From contig NC_068981.1 of NCBI RefSeq assembly GCF_001194135.2, positions 15,781,117 through 15,828,576 on the forward strand: DNA of 47,460 bases, written 5' to 3'. The notes below the pieces were generated by a model. It ran no database searches and was not told the DNA's origin. It worked only from the letters and a program-made list of their open reading frames with translations. Origin of the DNA: Octopus bimaculoides. Taxonomy: Eukaryota. This document shows positions 1-11,380 of this stretch, in pieces. Positions within the stretch are counted from its first letter, which is position 1. Every line of letters begins with the position of its first letter. Both the position numbers and the translations under genes were made by a program.

Positions 1-70
<70 letters not shown>
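1..70. repeat. (ATAG)n microsatellite
   Basis: Direct reading of tandem ATAG units from base 1. Confidence 0.98.
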
Positions 71-71
<1 letters not shown>

Positions 72-99
72 TACATGTGGGTATGTATTTGTACCTGAA

Positions 100-258
100 C
101 GGGAAACAGGCACGTGACTGCTAATATAGGTAATTTTCAACTGAGTAGACAGGATCGACGCTAGCAGAATTACCAGCTCACTGACACAACGCGACGCCTG
201 ATCATGGTTCGAAATCGTGGCGTAATGACTGAGATTCCAACACCCTTACAACTAGAGA
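100..258 (-). mobile_element. Degenerate tRNA-derived SINE 5' portion
   Basis: Minus strand reads tctagttgtaagggtgttgg (A-box-like) ... gatttcgaacc (B-box-like), then a body resembling the SINE at 24642. Heavily diverged. Confidence 0.5.
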
Positions 259-1336
259 ACGTCCTTCCACTTCACTACATGCCTATGTGTTTGATTGCAT
301 GCATGCCTGCTCATGTGTAAGTTTGACTATGTACACGTCTGTGTTGGTTTAAACACGAACGGAGAATCGTTTTTTTGTCAAAGCGAGCAACTTGTTCATT
401 CGCTGACTGTGGATCAATAGATAATACTATTATCGTGATCATTGTGATCAAGTAACCCACTAAAAGCTTTGCCCCAGTATGACCACATTGTTACGATTGT
501 TGCAAAATATATGTATATACATGTGTGCTAATGTGTATGTGCGAGAGAGAAAGCGAAAGTTATGGATGTTGGTATGCCGTAGTCTACAGGAGGCTTAATT
601 TTGTTGCAATGTGTCTCTATGGATGTGTTTTATAATTTATGAATGTAGGTATAGTAGATTCAGAAAAGTATTGATTTTTGTCACTCTTGCTATAGCACAC
701 GTATAACGAGATAACCAAAGCTAACTATAGATAGAGAACATTGCTGATGTTATAGAACCGCTGTAGTTGTAACTATGTAAAAACAAACTATTAAGACTAC
801 CATAGCTAACCTATATTACACTCTAAAATCACTCTTGTATATAGCCAGACCCTATGCTGCTTTGCCGCATACACAATAATTTACTTAACCGAATTAGAAA
901 AAGACAGTTATGGTTTCATAAGGCACTATATAATTTGATAATTAGCATTTCCTCCTCTCTCAGAACAACCTTGAGGATATTTATTTTAATTTATACGTAT
1001 TTCCATTATATATGTCTCCACTTCAGTAAATGAGAGAGTTCTATTAATAAAAGACATCATAGAGAAAAATATATTCAAATCACATATATTTATGTTATTC
1101 TGATGTTATTTTTATATGATTCATGTGAAAGACAGTGTCCATACTGGAGCACGCCTTTCAAGGATTATAAGCGCATAATCTTATATTGAATTTTTGATTT
1201 ATATTAATATAGTGATGAAATGGATATATTCTCGAACTGTTCTGTTATGAATCATCTCCCTTTAGGAGTATAACTCATAGGGAATTTGCAGATTTCATTT
1301 GTTATCTTTACACAAGTAAAGAACATGGGCATGCTT

Positions 1337-1392
<56 letters not shown>

Positions 1393-1402
1393 CTATGTAT
1401 AT

Positions 1403-2131
1403 ATCGTAAAATATATTTGCCAACTAAATGTGGCGGATCCATAGAGGATGATGTTACTGGTGTTTTTAACCCCAGGTAGACATCTCCAACTTTCTAACGA
1501 CATACTGTCTGTGTCCGATTAGTATTTGCGAAGGGATGGTCATCGCTCTCATCTCTAGCCTTACGTGATACACACAGACCAGGGCTTCTGGGTAGTTACC
1601 CGTCTTTGGTTGGTGTGTGATAATCACCAGCCACTGATGAAAACTCATTCCCTTCGCAAAATACTATATGCTTTCTTCCAGCGACAAACTGTGTCGAAAA
1701 AGGAGAAATAAGCTATATTAAATCTCTGAGTGAGAGTTAAATAGTAACAGTAGAGAATTGTAAAATATATCTGCTAACTAAATGTGGCGGACCCATAGAT
1801 AACGATGTTACTGTTGCTTTTAGCCCCAGAAAGATATCTCTTCCAGGTAGTTAATGACATACTGTCTGTGTCCGATTAGTATTTGCGAGGGAAGATCATC
1901 GCTCCCATCACTAGCCTTACATGATACACACTGACCCGGGTTTCTGGGTAGTTACCCGTCTTCAGTGTGTGATAATCACCTGCTAGTGATGAAAACTCAT
2001 TCCACTCGCAAAGTACTGTGACAAAAAACAACAGTAACACCGTCCTCTATAGGACCACGACATTTAGCTGTCAAATATAATTTAAGATTCCATACTGTTA
2101 CTGTTTAGCTCTCGCTCAGTGATTTAATATA
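1403..2131. repeat. Tandem dimer of a ~355-bp foldback repeat plus a ~108-bp inverted copy of the unit junction
   Basis: Units start at ~1403 and ~1757, with hairpins at 1521-1665 and 1878-2017. 1714-1821 is the imperfect reverse complement of 2023-2131. Left flank is (TA)n. The same family is at 39630-40183. Confidence 0.9.
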
Positions 2132-2212
2132 CCTATATATATAGATATATATTACAAATTAAAAGGGTAAAGGATTATCGATTTATTAATTAATAAATCA
2201 ATTAACAATTAA

Positions 2213-2270
2213 AAATAGACGCGTTTCAGGATTATGATTGATAAATAATCAATTTCCTTCATCAATACTG
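2213..2270 (-). ncRNA. Antisense copy of the same hammerhead motif
   Basis: Identical core within the inverted arm. The 3' arm of stem I is replaced by tattt, still giving 4 bp including a G-U pair. Confidence 0.65.
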
Positions 2271-2811
2271 TATTCCAGTAGTAAATTTGACTATGCTAGC
2301 AAACTGTGTAAGCATGGACGAATAATATTCCACACCGACACAGGTCTGAAAGCATAACCGAATCCACCTCGGTCAGCCAGTCTAACTGTCCCCTCCTCAA
2401 GAAATTACCATGTGCGCGACAAGTGAACTTCGGTATTTGGTGAAGCAAATATTTGCTGATCCCTTAATTATATTTATAAATATATCTGAGCTTTTAAATA
2501 AGTTATCTACCAATAATGGTGTCTTCATACCGATGGGCTTGGTAAAAATTATTAATTGTTAATTGATTTATTAATTAATAGATTGATAATCCTTTACCCT
2601 TTTAATGTGTAATAATTATTCACTCCCAGTTAGTATACGCAGATTCTCTGCGATATCACTTGTCGCGCACATGGTAATTTCTTGAGGAGGGGACAGTTAG
2701 ACTGGCTGACCGAGGTGGATTCGGTTATGCTTTCAGACCTGTGTCGGTGTGGAATATTATTCGTCCATGCTTACACAGTTTGCTAGCATAGTCAAATTTA
2801 CTACTGGAATA

Positions 2812-2869
2812 CAGTATTGATGAAGGAAATTGATTATTTATCAATCATAATCCTGAAACGCGTCTACTG
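2812..2869 (+). ncRNA. Minimal type-I hammerhead ribozyme motif (C3U variant)
   Basis: cagta | TTGATGA | agga-(loop containing attgat/atcaat hairpin)-tcct | GAAA | cgcg | TC | tactg. Stem I is 5 bp, stem II 4 bp, stem III the palindrome acgcgt, with a GUC cleavage triplet (after 2864). Confidence 0.8.
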
Positions 2870-2941
2870 TTAAACGTCGGAATTGGTTAGTTTTTCATTG
2901 TTTTTTCTTCTTGTTTTTGCCTTTGTGAGTTACAAGTGATG

Positions 2942-2979
<38 letters not shown>

Positions 2980-3440
2980 CATATATGTACCATAGGCTCT
3001 CAGCCTTATATTTCAGTGTTTTATTTTACAGTCAAAGAGGATATAACTCTAATTCTCATACCATTTTCTTTTTTTCTGGTCCCGTTTTCGTTTTCATGTT
3101 TTTCAGTCTTCTACCTCCTATATCTACTTCTTTCTCCCTTGTTCTCGCTTTTTCCCTCATCCTATCATCCCATTTTTAGTTTTTTATGACATGTAGGCAG
3201 TGCTTGAGGATTGAGGATACCAGATAATTTTTTTGAATATTTTCTTACATGATCTCATCATATGAAACTAATGGTAACACATGTGTAAAATAATTGTTAA
3301 TAACAGAACATTTTTTGCTAATCTTATCATCACGAAACAGTACATCATAGATATACATAGTGTACGGTTATGAAATATATAGTGTACAGTTATAAATTGG
3401 ATATATATGAAATATATCAATCTATCTATATTCTTTTATT

Positions 3441-3592
3441 CTTTTACTTATTCTACTCAGTTGACTGCAGCCATACTGGAGTACCACACTGAAGGGCTTT
3501 ATTCGAATAAATTATTTTCAAACCTATTCTATCTGTCTATTTTGCCGAACAGCTAGGTTATGGGGACGTAAACACATCAACATCGGTTGTCA
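3441..3592 (-). mobile_element. SINE body/3' fragment, same family as 46743-46945
   Basis: Shares gactgcagccatactggag ... ttttgccgaacagctaggttatggggacgtaaacacatcaacatcggttgtcaa with the copy at 46743. Confidence 0.7.
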
Positions 3593-4849
3593 AATTTCGC
3601 TACTATTTTGTAATTTAAATGACTTGCGAGATTTTGGATACGCCAAAATTGCAAAAGCTACAATCCTCTGTTCTTCAGTCATATGTATCTTTAAATTTTG
3701 ATCAGCCTGTAAAATTCGTTCATAAATTATATAAAAAACAGTCTTGTGATATTCTCAAATACCTCTATATATAATTCGCCCTTAACGGTTGAAAAAAATA
3801 ATAGCGAGTAAATATTGAGTTAGAAAAACAATTTTTATAGACGAATGCACTTTTTTTTACAAAAATCAATTTGTACACGTTATTGTTCGTAGTTTTATCT
3901 ACTTCGATTTACCTGTTAAAAAGACAGTGTCTCAGGTATTCTTGAAGTTTCTGAATTTTCATAACATATTAAGAAAACCTCTATTACAATTGCGTTTTCG
4001 ACATAGTCTTAATAACAGACATGGCCTGGGCTTATACTGGCTGAAACTTATGAAGGTTATCAAAGTAATGTGATATGAGTAAAACCTCTCCGAAAATTTT
4101 CAAATATGCTGTGCCATATTTTCAAATACTGAAATGCTGATATAATGGCGACCAATCTTCAAAAAAAGTATTCATAGAACTAATATAAGTCGTCTGATAT
4201 TGAATAACTTGACCCAGTAATTTTTCAATGTAATTCCTAGAAATAATGCGTAAATAAAACCAACCAAAGTTAAATTTCATGACACTTTAGTGCTTTTTAA
4301 ATGCATCGTTGCATTGATAATTTGTTGTTGTATATATTATACATCGCATCCACTTAGATTTCATGTTTTTAAATAATTAAGGAAATATTTCTTACAATTG
4401 CGCAAAATTTCAGTATTGTTTAGAACTCATTAGATAATGAAAATACTTCTATAGTTGTAATTAATTAATATACGACTTTACTGAAGTCTTGTATCCGTTT
4501 AATCATACAATTTTGGGTCATTCATGAAACATGCTTTTTTTCTGTTGCCATATTCATCTACCGTTCGCAATGTTATATGACAAGCTGGATTCTTTTCACA
4601 ACATTCAGAGTCACTGCCTTAGAACAAATGAAAACAATGTAATATGAACTTGAAATATATTTGTTGATACTGGTGTGAGATTGAAGATAATATAGGCAAG
4701 TTTGACTTTTTAATGTCACATGGAACACTTACTCCATTTTCCCAAGAAATTATTTTATATATAACCTGTATTTTACTGCAGCTATTTCTATTAAAGTATC
4801 AATTTTTTTTATGATATAAGTGATATTTGAACGTAAGTGATAAGTTGTA

Positions 4850-5638
4850 AGTGATATTTGGAAACTAAAATATATATTATTAAGTTTTCTATAACGAATA
4901 ACGCAAGCATCTACATTAGGAAAACGATTTAAGTAAAAAGTGGAAGAAACTTCTGGATGTAGAGCAATAATAGAAACTATAAAGTTTTTAAGTAAGCATC
5001 CTACTGATTACCATATTGAAATATGAATTGGAACAGAAATCACAACTCTTACACATACATACATTCATACATACATACATCATTATTATACACACATGTG
5101 TGTTTAGTATTTGCAAATAACATGCAAATACAAGTACTACCACTTGAAATCTCCACCTACAGGATATTAACAGATTATGAGGACATCAGAAGAGAATGCG
5201 CGCCGTATTACTTTGAAATGTTTCAACATTTCAGGTTACACGTTTTAAGAAGTTTATGTAACTTCGCCTTGGTACAGGTAGATAGCATTTGAGGCATAGT
5301 GAATCTTGCTCCTTAAAAATTGTATTGATACCTCTCGACGATATAACGGTACAGCAACTCAGCGCTGAATCTATCTTACTGACAAAAGACAAGAAAAAAT
5401 AGGTTACACAACGTAGTATACCAAGATATACCTATACTATAATATAATGTAAAATAATATGATATAATATAATATATGTAATATGACATGATATAATGTA
5501 CACATGAAACATAATGTTTCATGATATCATCCACAAGAATATAACTGAGATATTGCATGGACTTGAACGATAGAACGTGATGAACATCTCGATGGATGTG
5601 GAGAATGATACCCAGGCTGCACAGACGCATTCCATCTT
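4850..5638 (+). repeat. ~790-bp direct duplication, copy 1 (copy 2 at 7599-8396)
   Basis: Colinear, roughly 85-90% identical by eye. More diverged homology also between ~4735-4810 and ~7333-7408. Confidence 0.92.
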
Positions 5639-5856
5639 GCGTTATTGCATTCTGAAATCCAGGATTGAATCACAATTAGGCAGCCAGCGCTAAGTTAGAT
5701 AAACTTTAACCCTTTAACATTCAAACTGCGCATATCTGACCCAAATATCATACACAGAAAGCTTTATTTAAGGTGCGCACTGTTGAAGTACGAACCAAGA
5801 CCTCACATTTAATGAAACACTCATCTTTACTTACGTAATTGTACTGCATTATATGT

Positions 5857-5903
<47 letters not shown>

Positions 5904-7598
5904 ACATATATTTGTGTGGGTATTATTATATATGTATGTGTGTGTATGTGTGTGTGTACATATATGCATACGCGCGCACTTCTGTGTGTGGTGGGGTGAG
6001 TATCTGTGTGTGAGTATGCGCGTGTGTGAGTGTGCGTGTGTGTACGTGAATAAGTATGCGCGCGCACATAATTATATATTATGATATCACGCATTCCTGT
6101 GCATGAGATTTCGTACCTGCATATGTTGCAATGGGTAGTTTCCTATAATTGAATATGGATCCGATCCTTGTTTCGCTTTTATATTTCCAAATATTAAATA
6201 TTCATAAATGACTTATCTAAGCAAAAGAATCATTTCATCATTAGTTGCAGATGATTTGAAATTGCATACAAAAACATGTATTACTTTATGTATTTAATAT
6301 TTAATCCTGAAAGAAAAAATTGAAGACATTGATAATGACTTCTTCATTTCAGTCCAGTCGGCATATATAGCTTGCGACAAATATTGCTATGTATGCATAT
6401 TACATGTTACAATAAATGACAAAATGCAATTATTGCAAAGTTTATAGAATATATGCTTCATAATTTACTATTGCAGCGATTGTCGAAGAACAGAAGAAGT
6501 TCTTGAGTAATGTGTGATTAATATTTAGAACAATACAGTCGGAGCTTCAGACCGAGCATTAAGAATTCTCTCTATATTCTAATGAAATTAAATAATCTTA
6601 TTTCGGCATTCATTAAATGAAGCTGCTATTCTTTCTTTCTAGCATGTTAATACCTTGCTAAAATTTTCTTTTTTATCACTGACTGTTTGCAATGAGAACC
6701 TACTAATTCTGCTGATCAGTCATACGAAGATAATTTTCAAGGAGACATATAACTTAATCAACAGTGGCAGGAAACAAACGAAAAGTATTCATTTTCCTTA
6801 AACATTTTTTCGCAAGAATTAACAGCGGAAAATTCATTCTTAGACACTGAGGGGCATTAGAATTGCATTTTGAAATTACATCATTATTTTGTGACAACTA
6901 TTATACCGATTAATCTCTTGCTATGTATTCAGATGCCACATATGAGTATCAAAATATATTCGTATTCGTGTTGAGTGAATTTGAAAAATAAATGAGCTTT
7001 TCAGGAAAAAGATGGCATGTCTTTATAATAGCTTAGGTGTACGCTGCCTATTTACATTGTCCTACATAACAAAATGTAATAAATTTCATGTGATTCCTGT
7101 GAGTCCTACATAATAAAATGTTATGAAGTTCATGTGATTCCTGGAGTTCCCTCAGTAAAACACTGAGTTAGTAAACAAGTTATCTACCATTTGGGCTAGT
7201 GATAAATCATCAATATAAATTTTAAGGACCGAGAGTCATCGTATATAAAAAGCTGTCTAAATTTCCCCAGAGGAAAATTCATATACCTTTTGAAACGTGA
7301 AACCGGAAATATTTAAAGACATCAAAATCATAACATTTTCCCAATATATTGTTTCATATATAATCTATATTTTATTGAAGCTATTTCTTCTAACGTATCA
7401 CACTTTTTATCTTTAGTAGAAACGCTTGATAACGCATCTATTTAACATGGGAAGTCAGATTTGTCATAGTACGTATCGTTTACCACGTAAATCCATGCAG
7501 AAATTTGAGGGAAATGGATATTTTGAAAAGAAACCTACAGAGAAAATAAACATAGGATAGGACGTTGTTAGATCTACCTCAATTAAATTTAAGATGAA

Positions 7599-8396
7599 AG
7601 TGATATTTGAAAACTAAAATATATGGTATTAGTTTTCTATAACGAATAACACAGGCATCTACATAAGGAAAACGATTTAAGTAAAAAGTGGAAGAAACTT
7701 CTGGATGTATAGCAATAATAGAAATTATAAAGTTTTTAAATAAGCATCCTACTGATTACCATATTGAAATATGAATTGGAACAGAAATCACAACTCTTAT
7801 ACATACATATATACACATATCATGTATTATACACGCATGTGTGTGTAGTATTTGCAAATAGCATGCAGATACGAGTACTACCACTTGAAATCTCCACATA
7901 CAGGATATTAGCAGATTATGAGGACATCAGAAGAGAATGCGCGCCGTATTACTTTGAAGTGTTTCGATATTTCAGGTTACACGTTTCAAGAGGTTTATGT
8001 AACTTCGCCTGGGTACAGGTAGATAGCTTTTTAAGCATAGTGAATCTCGCTCCTTAAAAATCGAATTGATGCCTCTTGACGGTATAACGATACATCATCT
8101 GCTACAGTAACTCAGCGCTGAATCTATTATACTGACAAAAGACAAGAAAAAATACGTTACACAACGTAATGTACCTCTATGATTTACCTAAAAAATAAGT
8201 TAGTGTAAAAAAATATGATATAATATAATATATATAATATGACATGATATAATGTACACATGTAATATAATATATTTCATGATACCTTCCACAAGAATAT
8301 AAGAGAGATATTGCATGGACTTGAACGATAGAGCGTGATGAACATCTCGATGGATGTGAAGACTAATATACAAGCTGCAAAGGCGCATCCCATCTT
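7599..8396 (+). repeat. ~790-bp direct duplication, copy 2
   Basis: See copy 1. Both ORF tracks give near-identical peptides (LPLEISTYRIL.DYEDIRRECAPYYFE). Confidence 0.92.
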
Positions 8397-8510
8397 CACT
8401 GAAAGGAAGCTCCACTTGCTGTATCAGCTAGTTTCTAGACTTCACTGAACATTCTTCTAGTCATTATTCCAGTGGTTTGTCTCCTCCAATATCGCTTGGC
8501 TGATGCTCTG

Positions 8511-8793
8511 CTTTGCAGCCTGTGTATTATTCCTCACATTCATTGAGATGTTCATCACGCTCTATCGTTCGAGTCCAAGCAATATCTGTTATATTCTTGG
8601 GGAAGATATCATGAAATATATTATATTTCATATGTACATTATATCATGTCATATTATATATATATTATATCATATACTGTATTATATCATAGGTATATCA
8701 TATAGGTATATTATGTTGTGTAACATATTTTTTCTTGTCTTTTGTTAGTAAGATAAATTCAGCGCTGAGATGCTGAAGCAGATATATCGTTAT
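8511..8793 (-). repeat. Third, inverted partial copy (~285 bp) facing 8085-8382
   Basis: Reverse complement matches cgtgatgaacatctc ... gacaaaagacaagaaaaaa ... ctcagcgctgaat of both direct copies. Spacer is ~128 bp. Confidence 0.9.
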
Positions 8794-9092
8794 AGCGAAT
8801 ATTCTGCTCAATACCAGAGAATTGCTTTTCAATTGCTTGACTGTAATCACTTGAGCATGTCACTTAGTGGCTGACAATATGTACATCTCTGATTATAAGC
8901 AGGAGTAGTGGGGGAAGTAACAACGTCATGGTTTGAGAGGGATCCATGCATGGAGTTTGAATAAGTGTAACAAAAATAATGTTTGAAGGAAATATTAGCA
9001 ATTTTTCATACTTTCTATGTGTATGCAAATAGGAAATAATAGTTGGTACCCAAGGACATAAATTATGTTACACACATACGCGCTCGCACATG

Positions 9093-9107
9093 CACACACA
9101 CACACAT

Positions 9108-9202
<95 letters not shown>
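9093..9202. repeat. (CA)n microsatellite
   Basis: Direct reading. Confidence 0.97.
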
Positions 9203-9206
<4 letters not shown>

Positions 9207-9899
9207 TGTATATATTTATATTTATATTTATACATAAACATATACTATGTTGTGGCTACATTCCGACATAATCTTTACGTCTGTAAATTTTGTGTAGCTA
9301 CGTTTTTACGAAAATGTTCTGGTTATTCTGTCTGAAAAATTCAACATAACGTTTTCAATTCGATTTCCAAACATTCAGTTTGGATTGAATACATATATTG
9401 GGAAATTGTTAATTCATATATGAGGCATGTGCATCCATTGAAAAAAAACTTTGGTTCAGCACGTGTAACTGCATAAGATGAGAAATTATTTCTGAATTTT
9501 GATATTTTAGAGGTGCAACCAAACTGATTTTCGCCATAAGTTTAATACACTTTCATAAAATCACACTTCCAGAAAATGTATTACATAACTAGCAGTGTGA
9601 CATAATAATTGCCCTCTCCTAACAAATTATGCTATTTTATATTCAAACTTTCAAAGGAATTTCTTATCTATATTTTCTTTCATCTCGTCAGGGTCGATGA
9701 ATAAGTATAAATCTTGAATTGATGAGGGAGAAATTTGCAGCATTATGCAATAAAAGAAATTTATAAACGTTGTTGCCCTCTGATATACTAAATCATGAGC
9801 AATGCAGGTTCTTTATGGTTTTCTAGAATCTGTAATTATGTTGATATCTTGATACACTATTCAAAGAATGTCAGTAACTATTTAAAAAAAAATATTGTT

Positions 9900-11380
9900 T
9901 TTTGAAACAGAATTTCATGAACATTTTCGAAAGAATTTTATGTGTAAGCGCTTTCCACAACAATTCAAATACATATGTTCTGGGTTAATACCTATCGAGG
10001 AAGTTGTTTATAGTAACGGGTTATCATTCTCTTTTCGTAGTCGCGCACTTGTGTTTTTGCTTTGTGTTTTTTTATTCATGTTTTCTTTCTTTTTTTTTTT
10101 TTTTGCAAGAAGGGAATATTTAGAAATGTCTATATGAGAAAATTTTGAAATATTCACCACATTTAATATTTCAAATAGATGAAACAGTAATTTCCTGATA
10201 GCACACGGCTGGTTAGCTTTTTCGTTTTCCTCCGATGTATTTCTCGTTGCAGTGTAGGTATGAGATATAGCGGAGGAAATTTGCATCGCATTTCATGTTT
10301 GCATCCATCTTCAATTCTTTTGCATTCTCTTACTTGTTCCTTGTTCAATTATTTCACACGTTTCACAACGCGGGAGTCCACGGTGTGTTATCTGCATTAT
10401 ATCCCTTTCTCATTTGAATGTTGCCTTTGTTCAAAGCCTTTTTTAGCTTTGGTGGTTGTCTTCAGTTCTTAATAATTTGTGATGCTTTAATTATTTGCGT
10501 GAGGTCTGATGATTTTAGAACTGGACGTTATCGTTCGGTCGATTGTAGGATGTTGTGTTTCGAAATTTATGGGTGATTACAGAAGGTATACTTTTATTTC
10601 TGTTTTTTTTTTTTGTTTTCACTCATCTTGTGAATTCTTCTCTATTAGACAGATTAGGGTTTCTTTTGCTGTATTTGTGGCATTAACTTCTGCGAGTATT
10701 TTGTTTCTCAATGAACAGGTTTAGTTCTACTAGTAACTTCGCTCGTTTATTTGTGTCTGTAACTATTGACCCTGTACGTTTTGCTATATTTTTTGGCATG
10801 TTCTTCTTATACGTGTGATGCTTTGCAAAATAATATTGGCGTGTGTCAGTGACCTTCCAGAACTGATTGGTTAGAACTGTCTCATTTTCTTCAATTATCG
10901 ATATTTCAAGGAAAGGATTATATCCATTCAGTTAATTCCAAAGTGAATTGGATCGTTTCATGAATGCTATTTACTTCTTGGAGGAATATTGGAAGGTGGT
11001 CCTTAATTTTGTTCTAAAATATGAGACATACATGCAACAAAATTGTCCCGTTTCTTATTAAATATCATTGGAAATATTCATTAAAAGTAATTCCAGAGAG
11101 GATACAAATATATTCTTCGAGGAATCCAGGTACTAATGTCGCAAGCATCGGTGCCACCGTCTTCCTCGTTTCCCTGCTTTGTATTCGTAGGTAGTTTTGG
11201 TTATCTAAAACGAAATAGCTGTTTTCTAGTACCATTATAAACTTTCAAGTATAAGTTTGGAGCGGGGATCTCTCTTAAATTCTTTGTGTGTTTTTGTCTA
11301 TCCAGAATTCCGCTGGCTGTAATCCTTATCTCTACGGATTACTTGTATAGAGGCTGCTTAAGTTGAATATAACCAGGATC
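9900..11380 (-). mobile_element. Degenerate Penelope-like element: RT C-terminal half, GIY-YIG endonuclease and probable pLTR remnant
   Basis: Manual minus-strand translation with stops and frameshifts: LVIFNLSSLYTSNP (SLYTNIP motif); VLENSYFVLDNQNYLRIQ..TVAPMLATLVPGFLEE (F.F...Y.Q..G.AMG..AP..A.L); KVTDTRQY..HHTYKKNMPKNIAKR (KPT.T..YL...S.HP); PRCETCEII and HCNEKYIGG (zinc knuckle and GIY-YIG). Confidence 0.82.

Larger units (their letters stand above)
2152..2941. mobile_element. Small inverted-repeat element carrying hammerhead motifs (Penelope pLTR-like, non-autonomous)
   Basis: 2216-2426 is the exact reverse complement of 2656-2866 (211 bp). 2152-2212 is a near-exact reverse complement of 2552-2612. 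Both flanks are TA-rich or (TA)n. Confidence 0.75.

Noticed and set aside
1637-1660. ctgatga inside the foldback repeat as a hammerhead core
   Set aside because: No stem II followed by GAAA downstream, and the heptamer is not conserved in the other copies (gtgatga, gtgagga).
1403-2023. Foldback dimer as a TRIM/LTR element
   Set aside because: TG start in only two of four copies, no conserved CA end, no PBS, and the purine tract is not adjacent to the second repeat.
5023-5292. Paired ORFs 5023-5292 and 7764-8057 as duplicated coding exons
   Set aside because: Differences are mostly first- and second-position non-synonymous changes, the stops differ, alternative frames contain stops, and no domain is recognisable.
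8995-9335. ORFs rich in HT, CV, YI or MYVC repeats here and at 14.5-15.7, 18.2-18.7, 27.5-28.2 and 45.2-45.8 kb
   Set aside because: They are translations of (CA)n, (TA)n and (CATA)n microsatellites, not proteins.
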